Positions 9,365 to 13,685 of a stretch of DNA of 13,685 nucleotides are shown here, in pieces. The notes beneath the pieces are model-generated. The model was given only the letters and a program-made list of their open reading frames with translations, ran no database searches and was not told the DNA's origin. The translations under genes and the position numbers were made by a program. Source of the DNA: Octopus sinensis (taxonomy: Eukaryota); contig NW_021826089.1 in NCBI RefSeq assembly GCF_006345805.1, positions 1 to 13,685 on the forward strand, given 5' to 3'. Every line of letters starts with the position of its first letter. The first letter of the stretch is position 1.

Positions 9365-9680
9365 ACATACATAACACACACGACCACACTATATAGGTAT
9401 ATATATGTACAACACACAACACACACACACACACATATATATATATATTATACATATGTACATGTGTTCTTAAGGTGGTGCTCTAGCATGGCCGTAGTGA
9501 AATGACTGAAGCAAGTAAAAAAATAAAAGAATATACACATACACACACATATACATACATATGCATACCAACACATATATATATATGTATATATGTAAAC
9601 ACACGCACACATACACACACACGCCGACATCTGTGTGTATACATAATCGAAAAAAAAAAAAAGTAAGAGAGAGAGAGAGG
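9279..9680. repeat. Compound (AT)n/(AC)n/(AG)n microsatellite region
   Basis: Direct reading; interrupted by a SINE tail fragment at 9471-9532. Confidence 0.85.
9471..9532 (+). mobile_element. 3'-terminal fragment of the tRNA-derived SINE family
   Basis: AAGGTGGTGCTCTAGCATGGCCGTAGTGAAATGACTGAAGCAAGTAAAA matches the SINE tail at ~11448-11512. Confidence 0.8.
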
Positions 9681-10081
9681 GAAAACGAAGAAAATAAGGA
9701 AGATGACGAAAATGGCGAAGCGGGAACTGCGCATTGTAGTTAGTCAGCATCTGAAGTGGAGAGAGATAGTGTGACAGATGAGGCGCTAGTGTTGGCATAT
9801 CACGTCAGCAGACGTTGGAGTAGCATAGAGTCGGCAGATTAAAGCCTACTCAGATCCGGGCTGGTGGCATGACCAGGCTGTGTCACGGACAAGGATATTT
9901 TTAGGTTTTCAAATTTTCTGAAATCTATTATTTTCTATTAATTTGTCCCACATATTTGCATCTATTGTTTTACGACAGTTCCTTTATAACTCCGAATCAT
10001 TTTACTCTTGTCATAAAGCTTTGTTGTATGTCCTTTTATTATTTTTAATTGTTTCACATAGTCGAACAAATCGACCCTAGT

Positions 10082-10121
10082 GGTATGTATGCATGTATGT
10101 GTGTCTCTCCCTCTCTCTCAT

Positions 10122-10188
<67 letters not shown>

Positions 10189-10192
10189 ATAC

Positions 10193-10226
<34 letters not shown>

Positions 10227-10243
10227 GTATATATAGTATTATG

Positions 10244-10288
<45 letters not shown>

Positions 10289-10300
10289 TATATTATTATG

Positions 10301-10345
<45 letters not shown>

Positions 10346-10383
10346 GTATATATATTATATATAATATGTATGTATATATATAT
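10082..10383. repeat. (CT)n followed by a long imperfect (AT)n microsatellite
   Basis: Direct reading. Confidence 0.92.
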
Positions 10384-10484
10384 ACCAGAGTAAGCACATA
10401 AATATGAATGAAGGCGGGTAAAAATAGTACTCGAATACCGGTGGTAGAGTGATATGCTTTAGTGCTAAGGCTGCAAAAACATCA

Positions 10485-10872
10485 TACTTTTACTTGTTTC
10501 AGTCATTTGACTGCGGCCATGCTGGAGCACCGGCTTTAGTCGAGCAAATCGACCCCGGGACTTATTCTTTGTAAGCCCAGTACTTATTCTATCGGTCTCT
10601 TTTGCCGAACCGCTAAGTGACGGGGACGTAAACACACCAGCATCGGTTGTCAAGCAATGCTAGGGGGACAAACACAGACACACAAACACGCACACGCAAA
10701 CATATATACGACAGGCTTCTTTCAGTTTCCGTCTACCAAATCCACTCACAAGGCATTGGTCGGCCCGGGGCTATAGCAGAAGACACTTGCCCAAGATGCC
10801 ACGCAGTGGGACTGAACCCGGAACCATGTGGTTGGTAAGCAAGCTACTTACCACACAGCCACTCCTGCGCCT
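10485..10872 (-). mobile_element. tRNA-derived SINE, full length (octopus OK/OR-type family, name tentative)
   Basis: The reverse complement starts AGGCGCAGGAG, then an A box TGGCTGTGTGG (10851-10861) and a B box GGTTCAGTCCC (10808-10818). It has an internal CA/AT tract, a short-repeat tail, and aligns to 11084-11512. Confidence 0.85.
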
Positions 10873-10916
10873 ATGATATTTTTTGTGATGTTTTTTGCAG
10901 CTTTAATAATAGTTTC

Positions 10917-11033
10917 AAATTTTGCCAGAAGGGCACTAATTTGGGGAAGAGGATGAGTTGATTACATCGACCCCGGTCTTCAACTGAGACTTATTTTATC
11001 GACCCCGGCAGAATGAAAGACATAATCGACCTC
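10917..11033 (-). mobile_element. Fragment of a second SINE-like family sharing the 3' domain
   Basis: The reverse complement contains CGATAAAATAAGT...GGGGTCGAT, similar to CGATAGAATAAGT...GGGTCGAT in the SINE at ~11391-11438. No head is present. Confidence 0.6.
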
Positions 11034-11083
11034 ACACACACACACACAATATATATATATATATGTGTGTGTGTGGTGTGTGG

Positions 11084-11512
11084 TGTGCAGGGGTGGCTGT
11101 GTGGTTAGTAGCTTGCTTACCAACCACATGGCTCCGGGTTCGGTCCCACTGCGTAGCACCTTGGGCAAGTATCTTCTACTATAACCTCGGGCCGACCAAA
11201 GCCTTGTGAGTGGATTTGGTAGACAGAAACTGAAAGAAGCCCGTTGTATATATGTATATATTTATATATATGTGTGTGTGTGTATATGTTTGTGTGTCTG
11301 TGTTTGCCCCTCCCCCTCTCCGACAACATCTCTTGACAAACGATGGTGGTGTGTTTACGTCCCAGTAACTTAGCGGTTCAGCGAAGCAACCGATAGAATA
11401 AGTACTAGGCTTACAAAGAACAGGTCCTTGGGTCGATTTACTCGACTAAAGGCTGTGCTCCAGCATGGCCACAATCAAATGACTGAAACAAGTAAAAAGA
11501 GTAAAAAGAGTA
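11084..11512 (+). mobile_element. tRNA-derived SINE, full length, same family as 10485-10872
   Basis: A box TGGCTGTGTGG at 11094-11104, B box GGTTCGGTCCC at 11137-11147, an internal AT/GT tract, and a tail (GAGTAAAAA)x2. Confidence 0.87.
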
Positions 11513-11528
11513 TGTATATATATGCACT

Positions 11529-11700
11529 TCATATATATATATAAAATCTGTTCCGTCTGTCTGTCTGTTTGAGCGCTTATAACTCGAGTATTGTTAATCC
11601 GATCGCCTTGAAATTTTAAGCATGGTTACATGAGAGAGCTGGGCGTTCCGAAATCTAAAAAGATTTTCAAAATCTTTAGTTTCAAAGTGAGAATCGCTAT
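11529..11700 (+). mobile_element. Probable Helitron 5' terminal region
   Basis: TC-(AT)n-AAAA, then (TCTG)n, then CCGATCGCCTTGAAATTTT, the style of animal Helitron 5' ends. It lies upstream of, and co-oriented with, the RepHel remnant. Confidence 0.55.
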
Positions 11701-12189
11701 TTTTGTAATCTTTAATGTCCTGTTTGTTTCGCCAATGAAACAACCAGTTGCTCAGACAGCCGACCTATACCATTCCGCTAGCAACAAGGGGAGTACAGGA
11801 TGACAGACAGCCAAAAAACGTCGCTGTGCTGTCTCTCTTCTTTCCTCTGTCTATGGGGTTAATAATCTTAATCTTTAGTTACAGTTTCTCATTAAAACTA
11901 CATAATAGGCAGAATTGTCGGATTAAGACTGTAGGGTCTTTTGAGGGAGATTTGGCTGCTATTTCTACCAGGTCTTACGTCTGTATTATGAGACATACTG
12001 TACTATATATATTATATATTCCTTATGCTTTCCAAAACCGAGTTACAGATTTTGATGTGTGGGGTATCAAAAGATTCAGTACTATTTTGGCTACAAATTA
12101 AACTTAATTTTCATTCACATATTTGCATTTCATAATATTTTCCATAAATCAACTACTGTAAAAATTTTAAAAGACGTCAATCATCACGA

Positions 12190-12362
12190 CACACACCTTC
12201 ATTCACTCTATCTCTCTTTCACACCCTCTTTCTTTCTCACACAGACACATGCAAACACGCACGCACACACACACACACAGACACACACACACACACCACA
12301 CACACACACACATACACACACACACACACACACACATACACACACACACACACATACATACG
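12190..12362. repeat. (CA)n microsatellite with a CT-rich lead
   Basis: Direct reading. Confidence 0.92.
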
Positions 12363-12534
12363 TCCATTTCATATAGACGTACATACATCTTTCACTTTCT
12401 TTCTCTGGTCTTTTCAGTTTATCTTCTTTCAATTTCTGTTCTCTTGAAATAAAATTTTACGGATACAAAAATGGGGATTAATGTATAATTTCTTTCTATC
12501 TTCATAAATTTTTGTTTACAATATTGGGAAAAAT

Positions 12535-13190
12535 ATGCCACCAAAGAAAAGACGTAATCTCTCTAGAAACAAGTATAAAGCAAGGCGGATTGTAGAAAAC
12601 CGAAGGTGAGAGTCTGAAGAGAGAAGCTAGATGAGATTTTCTCAAGATCAGCAAATGCATGTTGCAGCATTAAATCAATGTTTTAATGATTAGACAGAGG
12701 TCCAATAGAAAAGCTCTCAGAAACAGACTACGTACAAATTCGTTCTTCACAACTCCTGAAGCTGTTATCAGATATGATCCATCCCATTCTTATGAAAATG
12801 ATAACTCTGTCCAAATTGGTATGCTAAACACAAATTGTCTTTTCTGTAGAGCTTTAAAATTTTCAAATGAAACAAATGGTATGTGCTGCTCAGGCGGTCA
12901 GGTAACATTGCCAGCACTACTAGCTCCTTTTCAAACTCTTATGGATCTTCTAGAAGGCATTTCCATGCAGTCAAATGATTTTATGAACAGTATCAAACAA
13001 TACAACTCCGCAAATAACATCGTTTGGTGCATCTAAGAAGATAGATAAACATGAATTTATAATGACATCAAAGGACAAGTCTATCACCTCATTGGTTTCC
13101 TGTTACCCGCAAACGAACAACCATTGTTCCTCCAAATTTACTTTATGAGTGATGTAGGACAACAAACCCGAAGGAGGTGTCAACATTTCA
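12535..13190 (+). pseudogene. Helitron Rep/helicase N-terminal region, decayed
   Basis: MPPKKRR start, CLFCRALKFSNETNGMCCSGGQVTLP, IKQYNSA, TSFGAS and IKGQVYHLIGFLLP..PLFLQIYF are typical Helitron N-terminal motifs. Stops and frameshifts are present. Confidence 0.88.
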
Positions 13191-13219
13191 GATGATGGAT
13201 CGTGTTAGACACACCACCG

Positions 13220-13685
13220 ACTGGTGCAAAAGGGAGCTTCTCGGTGCTGTCAGTTTTTTTTTAGAGCTACCATATGAAGGATCATGACTGGATTTAAGAA
13301 GTAGGGCAAAACTTGCAACAAGAGGAGTAAGTCCGGCAGGACTTCGAAGCTCACTGAAAGACACCGACGAGTGTTGAATGGCATTGTGATGAAAAATCAC
13401 CGGACAACTGTCCCTAAAGTGACTGTAGAGCTGAAACAAGATCTGACTGGACCAGTTTCGACCCAAACTGTTCGCCGTGAGCTCAATAAAGCCGGATATC
13501 ATGGAAGATCCGCCATCAGGAAACCTCTCACTTCTCATCAGAACATTCAGATGTGGCTGAACTGGTGTAGAGATCACAAGGGCTGGTCGACGGGCCAATG
13601 GCGGCCAGTAATATTCTCCGAGAAGTCCAGTTTTTTCTCCTTTCTCCGCTGCAGGGCCAGTTTATGAATGGAAGCAGCCCCGGGG
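13220..13685 (+). pseudogene. Tc1-family transposase fragment (HTH region to the first catalytic motif), continues past the window
   Basis: RATI*RIMTGFKK*GKT..KSGRTSKLTERHRRVL..VSTQTVRRELNKAG..RKPL..W..W..VIFSEKSSF. The canonical FSDES reads FSEKS, and in-frame stops are present. Confidence 0.88.

Noticed and set aside
453-9887. CGTGACA (453-459) and TGTCACG (9881-9887) as Gypsy LTR termini
   Set aside because: There is no PBS or polypurine tract, no repeated LTR sequence and no gag/pol outside the LINE.
11084-11160. tRNA gene (also 10800-10872 on the minus strand)
   Set aside because: A and B boxes are present, but there is no complete cloverleaf and the sequence continues into a SINE body and tail.

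Overview
Eukaryotic, repeat-saturated DNA with no host gene that I can support. It is most likely octopus; this is inferred from my recollection of the SINE families and the microsatellite landscape, not from a search. The left two-thirds is a head-to-tail array of an L1-clade, Tx1-like non-LTR retrotransposon embedded in (TCTA)n microsatellite: a 5'-truncated copy A (~1015-2419), an ~800-bp tandem duplication of the A/C junction (~2267-3867), and a near full-length copy C (3507-9157). Copy C has ORF1 with a CCHC knuckle and ORF2 with APE endonuclease, RT (YADD) and a C-terminal zinc finger. Both copies end at AATAAA, a few bases, then (CTAT)n, with no poly(A). Their 3' UTR holds an invariant hairpin whose pyrimidine loop and a downstream AAAGAAAAGC tract match a MALAT1/ENE-type RNA triple helix base for base. 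The right third holds microsatellites, an inverted pair of tRNA-derived SINEs, other SINE fragments, a decayed Helitron and a Tc1 transposase fragment. Most ORFs in the supplied track are microsatellite read-throughs or frameshifted pieces of these elements.
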